Notes under the pieces: generated by a model | Told to the model about the DNA's origin: nothing | The model's database searches: none | Seen by the model: the letters and a program-made list of their open reading frames with translations, nothing else | Program-made: the position numbers and the translations under genes | NCBI GenBank assembly: GCA_009859145.1 | Contig: VRVR01000058.1 | Coordinates: 109,382 to 173,381 of the forward strand | Source of the DNA: Andalucia godoyi And28 | Taxonomy: Eukaryota; Protista; Jakobida | DNA: 64,000 bases | Direction of reading: 5' to 3' | Part shown: piece by piece, positions 8,358 through 20,334 of the stretch | Position numbering within the stretch: the stretch's first letter is position 1 | Layout of the letters: the number at the start of each line of letters is the position of its first letter

Positions 8358-11300
8358 ACCACCACCACCGCCGCCGCCTGTTCCAGCTCCGGTTCACGCG
8401 CCAGCTCCGATTCCGGTTGCGGAGCACCGTCGGATGGCTCAGGAGACTGTAGCGGGTCATCCGAACTTGGCACAGCACAGTCGATCCACTCGGCAACAAT
8501 CTGCGATGAAATCTGCGCCGCCGACTCATCACCTTCAGCCACCGAAACAGGATCGGCAGTAGGAGAAGCAGGAGCCGGGGTCGTGGTAGCAACCAGAGGT
8601 GGTTGGGAAGGGGCAAAGTTTTGGAGAAACTCTTCGATAATGCTGGTTTCGTTCTCGTTTTCCTCAGTCTCAATGCTTGCTCCAATGGTAAGCTGAACAT
8701 TTCGAAAGGACTCTTGATGAGGGCGGACTGACGATAGCGGACCGGCAGGACGGTCGAGATCAGCAAGAGCAAGAGCATTTGCCGCAGTCTGGCATCCTTC
8801 TTCTTTTGAACCGTGCGAAAGCGGACTCGAAAATGCATTCCCATTGCTGTTCATCGTCGCTATGTTCGCCGGGGAATGCAAAGACTGCGAAGCTCGGACG
8901 GAAGGACCATGATTGTAACCGTGGCTGTGGTTGTGGCCGTGGTCGTGCACGTATGGATTTTGACTGTTTGGCAGCAATGCAGATCCAGAAGTGCTGGACA
9001 AGCTCGTTGGAGTTCCGGGAAGTCTTGGAGTCGCAGGAACATTGAAAACCACCACATCGCTTTCATCAATCACCTGCTGATCCTCCACCATCCCTGATGG
9101 ACTTCTCCCCATTTGTGCAAACGCCGGTGACTCCAGCGTGACATGGAAGCCACTGTCAACCGTACCTCCATCGCTTTCGTCGAGTTGGAGGTCGTTGAAC
9201 GGCCATTCAAGACGAACGGGCAATTTGACGAGACCTCTGCTGACGCGAGCCATCGTTTCGGCAATGCTCGTCCCGAGAGCAACCTTCACAGATGAAAAAC
9301 CACCATGTGCAAGCGTGAAAAAGTACAGCGAGGCATCCGGAGTATGCGAGAGATGCAACGATGCATGCTTGTAGGCGGATCCCATAGATCGAGATGCGAC
9401 ATACGAGCCAGTGAGTGCCTGGTACAACACGACTCTTGTTTCTCCGGGCTGAAATCCATCAAACCCGTCTCGCGCAGTCTGCGACGCATTTCCGTCCATC
9501 TCAAGACTCGACATGGTGTTTCCCAGAGATTGTCGCAGTCGATCTTGCTGCTGCTGTTCTTCTTCTTCTTCTCGATGTTGCTCGTCACGATCTTCCTGCT
9601 CCTCCGGACCACTACCAGCGGCCGCGATCCCGCCGGTTTCATTATTGTTGAGATCGCTCAGGAACGCAAGATGAGGAAACGGATGCGGAACTGCATTCGA
9701 AAGAACGATGTACAGGCCAAGTGCATCAATGGCTGAAAGTCGAAGCCCATGCATCACAGGCACACTTCCGCATACCCGCAGTGCCGGCAGCGAAACGACT
9801 GCCATTTTCGTCTTGACAACGGCACCGACGCGACCGATTTCAAGTGTCATGAATGCGTATGGAAGCGATGGATTGGGATGCACGAGGACCGACGAGACTG
9901 CCCAGTGTGCCGGAGCCCTTGTTTCGACGATGACTGAATAGTACCCACTTGCATTCGTCGTCGATGATGCTGACGAAGAGGCGGAGAGCGATGGAATCAG
10001 TTTGTAAATGGCAAGCGACGGTCCGTCATGCATCATGACGCGCAGCGGACTGGTAGAAAGAATCCACACCTGCGGCACGCTCATTCGCGCAGTTACCCCG
10101 TACATATCGTGTCCATTGCTGAACGTCGAAGCGTGAACGAGGCGCGCAATGCATGTGTCTGCGCACATCGAATCCACGACTATTGTGTGAGAAGCGTATG
10201 TCACGGCAACGTATCGATTTGCTGCACACACTGCGATTCTGTACACGGCCTCATTGGTGTGCGGCAAGGCCAGGTTTCTCTCGCGAGCAATCGAAGCAGA
10301 GGCAGAGAAGGAAGAGCTGCCCTGTGAGGAGGACTGCGCATGTGGAACAAGAACAACTCGATAGACACCAGAACCATGCAGCGGAAGTCCAATTTCAAAA
10401 GAATATGCTCTCTTTTCCTCTGCGTTTCTGCTCGGCAAATACGGAACCACTGCCGGATATATGCCCATGACCCCAGCCCGTTCAACTCCCTGATGATTTG
10501 CCGAAAATCCAGCTAAAGAAGTAGAATTCCAGGACGACGACGACGACGACGACGACGAGGATGATGAAAAGATTGGGCGCAAATCCACGAGAATGGATGC
10601 CGAGGTATAACGAATGACTAACAGAGGCTTTTCGCTCTCGGATGTGGTGATCAGCCCGTCGATTCGTCCCAGCCTCGACGAGCTCTTCTGGAAAGACGAA
10701 GGAACCGGGGGTGTGAGGACCGCCGAGTGGTATCCATCGCTGAGGCGAATGACATGCACTCTCCCCACAGATGCCGACGCAGCATTGGCAGCACTTGTGC
10801 TCGTGAAAGAAGCTGCCAGCGACGACTGGGATGAGAGCGAAGAAAGGAACAGGTGGTCAGATCCCGCAACGATGCACGCCGCCGCTGCATGAAAATCCAC
10901 ACTTCGATCCGACTTTAGCACTCGGATCACCGCTCCAGACGCACTAAACAGTGTCACTCTACCTCGTTTCGACACAGTCACCAGCGATGCCCCAGACATC
11001 ATCATTGCGGCAGCTGATTTCGTTGCCGCAGATGCTGCTGCTGGTGACAAGTCTGGAATCGCTTCGGTCGTCTTTTGAGAAAACGGAGAAATGGAAGCAG
11101 GAAAGAGCTGCAAAGGAGGCGCCGACTGGCATGGGACAGCGACCAAGAATGCAAACGGATCGGACAGTGATGCGACACTTGAGTGAACTCGGCGCTCAAT
11201 TCCAAGCGACACAATCGACGACTGCGTCATGGAAAGCGACACAAACACCAGTTCCGAACATGTCAGAACAGCCAGCTTTGGCGCCAACGACGGACCCACA

Positions 11301-11998
11301 GAAGCGGAAGCCGAAGCATTGCTAAAGCCGGAGCTGAACGGAACGATGCACATATGTAGAATTTCGTTTGCGTGGCCTGGTCCGAATGCATAGGACTGTG
11401 AGAGCGACAGTGAAATCGAGTCGCAAGGAGGCATAATCCGAGTGATCAATTCCAGTGAATTCGATCCCGGTCCTAGTCCAATCGACGATGACGAGGACGA
11501 CGACGACAGTGATGATGATGATGATGATGATGATGAGATGGAGAATGGGAAAGAATAAATAGTGTCCCCGACAGAGACGCAAATGCATCCGCCTGACTTG
11601 GACCGATTTGCAAGAACGACATTCATACGTTTAGGACGCGACCCGGCCCCGGCCCCAGCCCCAGCTCCGGCTCCGTCTGCGTGGCGATGCGAATGGAATG
11701 CGAAGGAGAGTACTGCGGTGGGTTTTGCCAGCGCGATCGAGTATGCAATGATGTGGGATGCCGAGACCGCAACAATTGTGTCGGGCATGCAAGACGGAGA
11801 GCCCGCCGCCACGCCCCGGATCCTTGTGCTCGACACACTCGGCAGCGTCACGAAGGACGTCAGAGTCGGTGTCGGAGTCACAGTGGGAGTCACAGTAGAT
11901 GTCAAAGTCACGAGTGTCGAGCTGGTCGACACCAAGTATCTCCCGTGTGCCGAGAGACACTGTGCACGGAACGTCTGCGCTTCGATCGGTCCGTCCAT
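8231..11998 (-). CDS. Large divergent beta-propeller (WD40-like) protein, possibly WDR62/MAPKBP1-related
   Basis: ~1255-aa ORF of short beta-strand-like segments and poly-S inserts. IDALGLYIV..VVLYQALTGSYVAS..HTPDASLYFFTL resembles the last WD repeats of WDR62/MAPKBP1 (DPSG.YIA..I.D..SGEC.A). The family call is tentative. Confidence 0.55.
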
Positions 11999-12350
11999 CT
12001 CTCCACGCGTGCCCGTTGCGTGCCCGTTGCGTCTTTCACGCTTCAACCAGAGAAGTGAAAGCTCATCCAAAAAGTCAAAAACCCAAAACAAAACGCTCTT
12101 CATAAGGACATCAAACTACAGTAGGCACCAGCAGCCGGAAAGAAAAGAGGCCTCTTCAAGGTCCGGCAATCGGGGAAGTTGATGGGTCCAAAATGGACCA
12201 TTACCGGTTCTCTGTTTGGAAGAAGGATTTTTGCCAATTTGCATTGTTGGTTTGCTCCTGCTCTTCACTCTGCACTTTCTCACAAGGACATTCATATCGA
12301 CGCGCATACAGACATATCGAGAGGAGAAGAAGAAGAAGAAGAAGAAGAAG

Positions 12351-13340
12351 ATGAATGGAGCGAGTGTTGATTTGGTGATGCGGGTATTGGAGAGTGCGCG
12401 AAGATCATTGTCAGAGATGCTTGTGCAGTGCGGGGACGGTGGTGACGACGGCGCGGGGGCAGGGACTTTGATTCGACGATGGTATGCGAGCGTGATGCAT
12501 CAACTAGGCCTTCTTCGACAGTCTGCGGCGCTTTCGATGCATCAGCTGAGACTCGTTGCACGCAAGGCAGCGGCAATCCAGCGCTTTGTGGGGAGGCACG
12601 CTCGGCTTCTTGTCCGCGCCGCACGCACCGAGCTGGACAACCAATCACATTCAAATCCACATCCACATCCACATCCGCATCCGCATCCATCGCAGCATGA
12701 AAGCCGAGGGATGGCGGCAACGGACGTTCTCAAGTCCGAACAGCTGGAGGAGCTCGAGCGCCAGTTGTGCAACATCAAGGCTGCCATTTCGTCCATGGAC
12801 ACGACGAACCCGAGAACGACGCCAGCCGCTCCTTCGTCTGCCCATGTTCAGCTGCCTTCCGCTGCTGCTGGTCCACCTCCACCTCCACCACCGCCACCGC
12901 CACCGCCAATGTCAGTGCCAGTGCCGGTGCCGACCGCGGCACTCGCTATCCCAGGGGACACTGGCATGGTTGTACCTGCGAGCTGTCTGTCACTGTCGGA
13001 TATGATCAAGGCGGACTCACTGGGCAAAACGCGGCTTCGCAGAACGCAGTCATCGTCGCTGACAGAAGGCGGCATCAGCGGCAGTGATAAGGAGAACAGT
13101 CGTTCCAGCATGGCGTGCTCGACACCCGCAAGGAGAAATGCTCGTACAACCGCGTCGATGATGCAAAAGGAAGGAAATGAGATGGGAAAGTCGCTGCACG
13201 ATCAAATTCTCAACGACGTGCGAAACAAGTTCAAGCTCATTACGATGCTGCGAGAAGAAGATGCGGCAGCCGACGACGAACCAGATACGAACTCCCTCCG
13301 ATTGCCACTGGGACCCCGTAACCGAGGTGTCGTCCAATAA
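12351..13340 (+). CDS. Mitochondrial fission regulator (MTFR1/Miff)-like proline-rich protein
   Basis: Domain order matches MTFR: coiled coil EQLEELERQLCNIKAAI, a long poly-Pro run, LSDMIK..TRLRRT, then ILNDVRNKFK. An alternative non-ATG upstream start exists at 12216. Confidence 0.5.
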   Translation: MNGASVDLVMRVLESARRSLSEMLVQCGDGGDDGAGAGTLIRRWYASVMHQLGLLRQSAALSMHQLRLVARKAAAIQRFVGRHARLLVRAARTELDNQSHSNPHPHPHPHPHPSQHESRGMAATDVLKSEQLEELERQLCNIKAAISSMDTTNPRTTPAAPSSAHVQLPSAAAGPPPPPPPPPPPPMSVPVPVPTAALAIPGDTGMVVPASCLSLSDMIKADSLGKTRLRRTQSSSLTEGGISGSDKENSRSSMACSTPARRNARTTASMMQKEGNEMGKSLHDQILNDVRNKFKLITMLREEDAAADDEPDTNSLRLPLGPRNRGVVQ

Positions 13341-14187
13341 TATCAGCGCCCGCAACACATTCATTGAAACTGCAGCAACGGCAGCACCAACTAGCGTAAA
13401 ACCACACACGTAGAGGAAGCCCTTGGATGAATTGATTTTGCGTGCGAGCAGATCTTTGCTTTTCCCCTGTTTCGCACTTGGCAGTGTCCGCAAGCGGGTT
13501 CATCCCTTCTGCCTGGGCAGATACTCGAATCCGGCTGCTCGTGTTATTTATACTCTCGAGCGCAGGCGTTTTGGTGATTTGTTGGTGTTTTTTTTTTGAC
13601 TTTTCGGGTTGTGTGGATGTTTGGACCATGTGGGACCGTTTGGGCCCAAGCTCGGAACAGCGCAAAAGGTGACATCCGCGTATGCTCGGACCGGACGCCA
13701 TCTTTCACCCGACTGCGCTACCACGTGCGATGGACATGCGTACCCCGGGAAGCGACTCCTGCTGCGATGGATCCTGCAGAGTTCGCACTCTGCTGGTGAG
13801 GCAGAACTTTTCCTGGTGCTCCCGAGGTAATTTGAGAACGCGCTGCTTGCACATGGGTCAGAAAATAAACCAATGCACGTCGCATCGCCATACTTTTCTG
13901 TTGATCTCTTCCGCGATCCCATGCGCCTTCCGATCTTCAGCGACCAGTCGTTGGTGGGATCAATTGACAGCGAAGAATCGCGCATTGTGCCCGTGACGAG
14001 ATCCCACCACGCCATCGTCGTCGCCATCGCTGTTCGTTGCTCCAATAAAATTTCTTCTTGTTTTTCCTTTTGCTTTGCGTTGCGTTGCGTTGCCTGCCTT
14101 TGCGATTTTTGTTTGTTCTGTTTTGTGTTTTGTTTTGTTTTGTGTTTTCTTTTTGAATTGGATAATGTCCATCATCGGTCCGTTTCA

Positions 14188-15828
14188 ATGTATGGAAACG
14201 CCGAAAACGGTTCTTCTCCTCAGCCCGGAGACGATGTCGGAAATTTTGTGCTCTGGAATGTGATTCACGGAAGCGGTACTGGCGGCGATGGACAGGACAG
14301 TGTGAACCTGGACGCGTACCAACAGTACTTGTGGCAGCTCCCGGTACCCGATCTGCGTGTACCGACACCCGGGCCGCCTAGAGAGCATGCAGTGCAGTCT
14401 CATCCACACACGCCTCCGCATTCGTACGCACAAGAACAGCTTTGGGCCGACCGCCACGTGCTCGATTTCAACTACTCCGGGTATTTCCAGGTGCCAACGA
14501 TGCTTCCGCCGGTTAAGATCACAGATGCCGAAATCGACACGGTTGAAAGAATGATCGCGCAGCGCACCTCTCCAACGGCTGCTGCTTCAGCAACCTCGGC
14601 CACACAAGGCTGCCCATCGTCTGCTGGTGTTGCAGCCCCTTCATCACAGCAAGCCCATAGTTTCTTCTTCCCAGACCCGCTGCCGCCACCCACTCTTCCG
14701 CCGTTTGGGCGACATTCTTCATGTCCAACTTTAGCACACACACTGGATTATAGTGCGCAGTTCGCCACCCTGGACAGATCCGCATCTTCCGGGTCTGTTC
14801 TGGCATCCTTCGCCGCCGGCGCAGCAACCGCAATCGCAGCCGCAGTCGCAACCGCAGCAACAGAGGGGCCTTCTCATGGTGCACCGTCCACAGTGTCTGG
14901 AGCGTCCCAGATAGGAGATGCACCGTTCTGTTCCATCTCACACCCATTCAGCACGTGTTTGCAGCATGCTGGGCTGATACTGGAGACCAGTCCGCGTGAT
15001 CGGCACGATCTCGGATGGTGCGTGCTGCGTGGTGTGCCGACTCCGGCTGCAGCATCTTCTTCTTTCTGCGTTCTCCACACAAGAGCGGCGGTACGAACTG
15101 GCCGATCAGACTATCGACCGTGGTACGGACACTTGCAGAACGTCATGTTCTTCAAGACATCGACATACGTCCTGGCTATCCAGTGCCGCATTGTTCGGTC
15201 CACTGTGGTCGCGCTGGCTGTGTCCCCGTTGGATTTACTTCCCGTGTGCCCTGACCTCAGCCTTCGTGATGTTACCACAATGCACGTCAAGATCGAGCTA
15301 GTCACGCACCTGGCAGAAGCGGTCAGTCTGGACGAAGTTGTGCATCACGGCAAGTCATCTGGCGATTATTTCGACGCCGAAGAAGCAGTCCTGTCGAGCG
15401 CAGCGGCCGGATCAGCGCCCCAGCCTGCACCGACCTTGAGTGAAGCGGGGACAGAGCCGTCATTCCTTGCGGATGATCTTGTGGTGGTTCCAAATGGGCT
15501 GGAGGCTACTCGGCTCGGGAGCCAGGGGATCGAATGCAGAGTAACCGAGATGGCCGCGGCTTCCGCAGTGGAAGCCGCTGACAAGTGTGTTGTTCTGAAC
15601 ATTGGATCGTTCAGATTCTGTGCCACGTCCTTTTCCTGCGCCCGAAAAGTGCTTCGATACCGACTGCGCATCTCGTTGTTCAGCGGGCCGAATGACAGCC
15701 ATACGGTTCCGTTTTCCCAGATCGTCTCTCCTCCGTTTCTGATCCGTGCTAAAAAACAATCGCGAGGCCTTGCCCAGCCCGCCGATTCATTCGCGGCGTG
15801 TAGTTCCTTTTGCTCCTTTTCCGATTAG
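14188..15828 (+). CDS. Putative transcription factor with C-terminal Ig-fold (p53/STAT/NDT80-like) DNA-binding domain
   Basis: Disordered P/S/A-rich N-terminus; C-terminal FRFCATSFSC..YRLRISLF..VSPPFLIRAKK. The same pattern occurs in 19057-20334. The fold assignment is inference. Confidence 0.45.
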   Translation: MYGNAENGSSPQPGDDVGNFVLWNVIHGSGTGGDGQDSVNLDAYQQYLWQLPVPDLRVPTPGPPREHAVQSHPHTPPHSYAQEQLWADRHVLDFNYSGYFQVPTMLPPVKITDAEIDTVERMIAQRTSPTAAASATSATQGCPSSAGVAAPSSQQAHSFFFPDPLPPPTLPPFGRHSSCPTLAHTLDYSAQFATLDRSASSGSVLASFAAGAATAIAAAVATAATEGPSHGAPSTVSGASQIGDAPFCSISHPFSTCLQHAGLILETSPRDRHDLGWCVLRGVPTPAAASSSFCVLHTRAAVRTGRSDYRPWYGHLQNVMFFKTSTYVLAIQCRIVRSTVVALAVSPLDLLPVCPDLSLRDVTTMHVKIELVTHLAEAVSLDEVVHHGKSSGDYFDAEEAVLSSAAAGSAPQPAPTLSEAGTEPSFLADDLVVVPNGLEATRLGSQGIECRVTEMAAASAVEAADKCVVLNIGSFRFCATSFSCARKVLRYRLRISLFSGPNDSHTVPFSQIVSPPFLIRAKKQSRGLAQPADSFAACSSFCSFSD

Positions 15829-16136
15829 CGTTTCCGGAGACGCAGCATCAGCACACGTAGTTCCAGAAAAGATGCAGCCCACTCCCGTGCCCCCATGTCC
15901 GAGCGTCGTCGCAGCACTCTCGTTGTCTCTCCCCCCCGGATGTCCAAACCGTCGTAAGCGCACCTATCCAGCAATCCGTTGTCAGGTTTTCACGGTGACC
16001 CGCAGAATTGTCATTGGGCCGTGTTTTTCTTAATTGACCAAGTAAAAACGATTGGTTATTGTAGCTGCCAGTCCGAGCCAGTCCCGGGCAGAGACAACGA
16101 GTCCAGCAAGTCCAGCGAGTCCAGGGAAGGTGCACA

Positions 16137-18128
16137 ATGCTCGGGGTCTTGGAAGTGTGGGTGTTGGCATGGGTGTTGGCATTGGTGTGCTATGGTCCGG
16201 GGTGCTCTGGTCTTGATGCTTCTTTGATCGTAGCGACTTCCTCGGGGACCTTCCGCGGGTACTTGGAACCGCAATCGCCGCGTGCCGCGTCGTGGAAGGG
16301 CATTCCGTATGCAGCGGCGCCGACGGGGCCCCTGCGCTGGCGATCTCCGCAGCCCTACAACAATCTATCTACGACCGTCATGAGTGCCTTGGAGTTCCAG
16401 CCTCCGTGTATGGGCCAAGATCTTGCGTCGGGCACGTTCCGCGGAAGCGAGGACTGCCTGTACTTGAATGTCTGGGCGCCGGCGCCGCCGTCGTCGCCGT
16501 CCCCGTCGTCGCTCCTTCCGGTCGTCGTCTGGATTGTGGGCGGCGGAATGACGTCAGCGGACATTACGAATCCGACGTACTCGGGCAGACTGTATGTGGC
16601 GGAGCGCGAGTCGGTGGTGTACGTGACGTTTAGCTATCGTGTGAGCGTGTTTGGGTTCTTTTCGTCTGCGGCGCTGCAGCAGGAGAACGGTGTGGGCAGG
16701 GGAAACGGGAACTGGGGAGTCGAGGACCAAAGAGCGGCGCTGCAGTGGGTGAAGATGAACATTGCGCAGTTCGGCGGCGACCCGTCGCGAGTGACGCTGC
16801 AGGGCGAAAGTGCAGGCGCACACTCCGTCTGCTACCACTTGGTAAGTCCGCCTTCGCAGGGGCTGTTCCATGCAGCCATCCTCGAAAGCGGGTCCTGTGA
16901 CTCGATCACCAACGAGATGGATCCCGTGAGGAAGCAAGCGCTGTGCGATGCGTTTGTGGCAACACAGTCGATCTGCCCGGATCCGACAGACTTGCAATGC
17001 CTGCGAAATTCCCTCAATACGACAACAATCGCAAAAATGTGCCTGCAAACTGGTTCGTGTTCGCTGCTTTCTCCAACACTGATAGGGCCAGCACTCGATG
17101 GATTCAATCTGCCGTTTCGGTCTCCGAGCTTGCTGCCACCCAATGCCTCGGCACCGTTCGCGCTGCTGGACTTGCTTGCCCAGGGCTCATCGGCATCGGT
17201 GCCGCTGCTTATCGGCTTTAATCGCGACGAGTTCGCACTCTCTGCGCTGCTATTCAGTTCGTTTCGCGACATTGATGCGAACGGATACCGCCAACTTGTG
17301 CTGCAGGAAACAGGCGGCAATGGACCACTCGCCCAAGCATACCTGGATTTACTCTACACATATTCGCCGCTGGACGCAGCTATCAAACTGCGGTCCGAGC
17401 AAGGAGTCGTTTGTCCTGCTCGGCGACTTGCTCAAATATACGCATCTCGTGATCTGCCGGTGTACGTCTACTCGTTTGACCACGCCCCGCGACACTCGTT
17501 GTTCCAGGCGTTGCCGCAGCTGAGGAACATGGCATTCCACTCAGCAGAACTGGCTTTTGTGTTTGGTATCCCCGGATATCTGCTGGTGACGGCCTTGGAC
17601 TCCGATGAGGCGCTGCTGGGGACAGCGATGCGCCGCTACTGGCTCAGTTTTGCAGAGAGCCAGAGTTCGCCGAACGCTGCAGTTTCCCAACAAGCATTCT
17701 CGAGTCTTGCGCAAATCTGGCCGAGATACACGTCGACGTCTCCGAGTGTGTTGCAGCTGAATGTGACCAGCCTACAGCTCCCGCTCATGCAAGTCAGCCA
17801 AGGGCCACCTTACACGGAGGGTCGCTGCTTGCTGTGGGATGCAGTGCAGTTTGGTCCTGTCTGGAATGCCGTGTACAATGGCCGCAACCAGTCCGCCAAC
17901 GGAAATGCAGCGTGCTCTGTGTGCTCGACAGTCGCTAGCGATTCCTCGAACAACGATGACGCAGAAAACAGATCAAAACAAGCGCTGGTTCTCGGGTCGA
18001 TAGCTCTCACGCTGTCGATACTCTTGGCACTCGCATCCGTGCTTGCGTTTGTGTTTCGATCCAAGGCCGCAAAGGACCAGCAGCGGCGGTTTGCCAATGA
18101 CGATGTGTATCCAAGGATGCTCGCTTAA
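16137..18128 (+). CDS. Type-B carboxylesterase/lipase, signal peptide plus C-terminal TM anchor
   Basis: KGIPYAAAPTGPLRW; SEDCLYLNVWAP; FGGDPSRVTLQGESAGA (Ser); NRDEF (Glu); AFHSAEL (His); hydrophobic N- and C-termini. Confidence 0.95.
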   Translation: MLGVLEVWVLAWVLALVCYGPGCSGLDASLIVATSSGTFRGYLEPQSPRAASWKGIPYAAAPTGPLRWRSPQPYNNLSTTVMSALEFQPPCMGQDLASGTFRGSEDCLYLNVWAPAPPSSPSPSSLLPVVVWIVGGGMTSADITNPTYSGRLYVAERESVVYVTFSYRVSVFGFFSSAALQQENGVGRGNGNWGVEDQRAALQWVKMNIAQFGGDPSRVTLQGESAGAHSVCYHLVSPPSQGLFHAAILESGSCDSITNEMDPVRKQALCDAFVATQSICPDPTDLQCLRNSLNTTTIAKMCLQTGSCSLLSPTLIGPALDGFNLPFRSPSLLPPNASAPFALLDLLAQGSSASVPLLIGFNRDEFALSALLFSSFRDIDANGYRQLVLQETGGNGPLAQAYLDLLYTYSPLDAAIKLRSEQGVVCPARRLAQIYASRDLPVYVYSFDHAPRHSLFQALPQLRNMAFHSAELAFVFGIPGYLLVTALDSDEALLGTAMRRYWLSFAESQSSPNAAVSQQAFSSLAQIWPRYTSTSPSVLQLNVTSLQLPLMQVSQGPPYTEGRCLLWDAVQFGPVWNAVYNGRNQSANGNAACSVCSTVASDSSNNDDAENRSKQALVLGSIALTLSILLALASVLAFVFRSKAAKDQQRRFANDDVYPRMLA

Positions 18129-19056
18129 AAAGAGACGCAAAAATTGCCCAAGCCCTCGTCCAATTGTCTTTTTTTGTCGCAGCCCCCCCGTCTAATTGTG
18201 TAATCGTGTAATTGCGTAGTTGTCCATGACCTGCCACTACCACCACGTGCTGCGGGTGTGTTGGATTTCTTCCAGCTTTCTGACGTGTGCTACTGGAGAG
18301 GGCGCCATCCGTCCTCACCAGATCAGTCGCCTCCGAGTTCCGGAAAAGGCAAGGCCATGTGCTGAAACACTTTGAAACACTTTCATGGGGAGCTGGATTC
18401 GGCATGTGCAGAAGAAAACATGGATGGTGGCACGCGGCCGTCCAAACGGCCAAGGTCCAAAGGAAGTTTCCTTTCGGGGAAGGTTGTGAGCATTCTGCAA
18501 CCCGGATCCCGTAACGCCGTGCAGCCTGCTTTCAAACCGAAACAAGCAACTTCGGGCACTTCCATGCGAGCAGATGCAACTCCCTGACAGCATATTCAAA
18601 AATTTGTCATGACTCGCCTGTTCTGCTCGCCCGCATGTCGCCGGTGCAAGCAGATCGGCGAGAAGACGTGGTCGTGAATGCCAGTTCTGTTCCGGAACGT
18701 GCTATCAGAGCCGGAGCTCTATTAGTTCCGTCACTTCCGAGTATTTCCCTCTTTGCACGACCAGAATGAAATTTCAGAGACGCCTGTCATGAAGCGTCTG
18801 CAACATGTACCAGGGATTCGTCAAGCAAGCTCCATTCTTCTGCATCTCGTTCTCTCCTTCGCTTTCCTCTTTTCCTTTCCTTTCCTTTCTTCTTTCTTTT
18901 TTCTTCTTTCGCATTTTCTTGCTCAAAACCACGCATTCTATCTCCACAAGATAACCAATCTTGCGTGTCTCTCCTTCAGAACAAGAAGCAGAATAAGTAG
19001 TAGTAGTAGTAGTAGTAGTAGTAGCAGCAGCAGCGGAAAAGCAAAAAGAAAGAAAC

Positions 19057-20334
19057 ATGACAGTCGCAGTTGCTGTTCTAGTGCCCGGCGTGCTGGCTCC
19101 TGCTGCCGTCGCAAGCGCGCTGGATTCTCGGTGCTCGATCCCTCGACTGCTTCCAGATCTCATCCTGGACAGTGACTTTTTAGAATTCGTGGATTTTGCA
19201 CTGAATTCATCGTCCGCAGGGAACAACGACTCGTCAGAGTACGCGATTCCGTCAGCAAATCTTGTTCAGACGCCAGCTGACAGCGCCTTCCGTGGTGCTG
19301 CTGACGCGGTCGGCATTAGCGTTTGCGGTCCCAGTGGAAAGCGAGAGTACTGCCAAGTAACGGATCATTCCACGTGGAATGGCGAAGAGGAATCGTCGGC
19401 TTGCAGTTCCAGTTCCAGCTCCAGTTCTGGTTGTGACGACGACTCTCCATGCTTTCCGAGGGTGCCGCGTATCGACGAAGAAGTCGAATCGCACGGCTTT
19501 TCGTCCACCGTGCCTCCCACTGCTGCCTCCAATGCCAGTTTCAGTTCCACTGCAACGCACATGTCCTCGAGGAGTGCTGCGCAGGACTGGGTAGTCGGAT
19601 GCTCGGCAGTTCATGGCACCACCGTGTGCGTCCAGTCGCGGTCTTCAAAGACTGATTTCCGACCGTGGACCGAGCCTCGCGGACCCACCGACTTCCACAG
19701 AAACGTGCTTTCCAGCAGAGTTCCAGTAACGGCGACCGACACTGATTTTGCAGACTTGGAATGGTACAAGACCTCTGTGTATTCTCTTCATGTTTCCGTT
19801 TCGTTTCCAGTCTCAAACTTGTGCAGCGTTGCAACGCAGTCGCCTCTCTCTTCTCTCGCCGTCTTGCGCTGCTCGCTGGAACTGACGGACGTCGATGGAA
19901 ACACGATGCACCATTCGCTGCTTCGCGGAGGAAGATCAACCGCCGGCAACGTCGTTTCGCCTGCCGACGAGCATTCCATCTCTCCCGCAAGTCTCCTGGA
20001 GTACCGGATTGTCCAGACGGACGTGAACCTCGAAACTGGATATGTGACGTACGAAGGTCTTGTGGGCCCATTTCGCATCCTGTCTCATTCCACGTTCTCG
20101 ATGGGAAAGCTGGTCCCAAGCAGGTTTCGAGTCTCTGTCTTTGCCGAAACACATGTAAGCGACTCTGCTTCTTCTGCCTTGCAGTTCCTCTGCCAGACGT
20201 GCAGCCCCACGTTCTTTGTCAAGAGCAAGAAGCCCATTCACACGGCAGCGATTCACAAGCGAATCGAACGCGGTGCGTCTCAGCACGAGCTGCTCATGCC
20301 GGCTGCAAAAAAGAAACGACAAGTCGAAGCCTAA
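19057..20334 (+). CDS. Putative transcription factor, paralogue of 14188-15828
   Basis: C-terminal GPFRILSHSTF..SRFRVSVFAE..CSPTFFVKSKKP; NLS-like AAKKKRQ at the end; Ser-rich N-terminus. Confidence 0.5.
   Translation: MTVAVAVLVPGVLAPAAVASALDSRCSIPRLLPDLILDSDFLEFVDFALNSSSAGNNDSSEYAIPSANLVQTPADSAFRGAADAVGISVCGPSGKREYCQVTDHSTWNGEEESSACSSSSSSSSGCDDDSPCFPRVPRIDEEVESHGFSSTVPPTAASNASFSSTATHMSSRSAAQDWVVGCSAVHGTTVCVQSRSSKTDFRPWTEPRGPTDFHRNVLSSRVPVTATDTDFADLEWYKTSVYSLHVSVSFPVSNLCSVATQSPLSSLAVLRCSLELTDVDGNTMHHSLLRGGRSTAGNVVSPADEHSISPASLLEYRIVQTDVNLETGYVTYEGLVGPFRILSHSTFSMGKLVPSRFRVSVFAETHVSDSASSALQFLCQTCSPTFFVKSKKPIHTAAIHKRIERGASQHELLMPAAKKKRQVEA

Noticed and set aside
5025-12182. Many 60-280-aa antisense and alternate-frame ORFs in the track (e.g. 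6045-6878, 11562-12182)
   Set aside because: They are shadows of long GC-rich, low-complexity coding sequences on the opposite strand, with no independent motifs.
13360-13430. VWFYASWCCRC thioredoxin-like motif on the minus strand
   Set aside because: The flanking sequence does not continue as a thioredoxin fold, and the ORF overlaps the 3' end of the MTFR-like gene antisense.
18287-18587. 10-bp duplication (gaaacacttt x2, 18364-18383) that would frameshift a ~96-aa ORF with a faint phage-Rha-like start
   Set aside because: No in-frame ATG, the resemblance covers only ~20 aa, and short duplications are common here.
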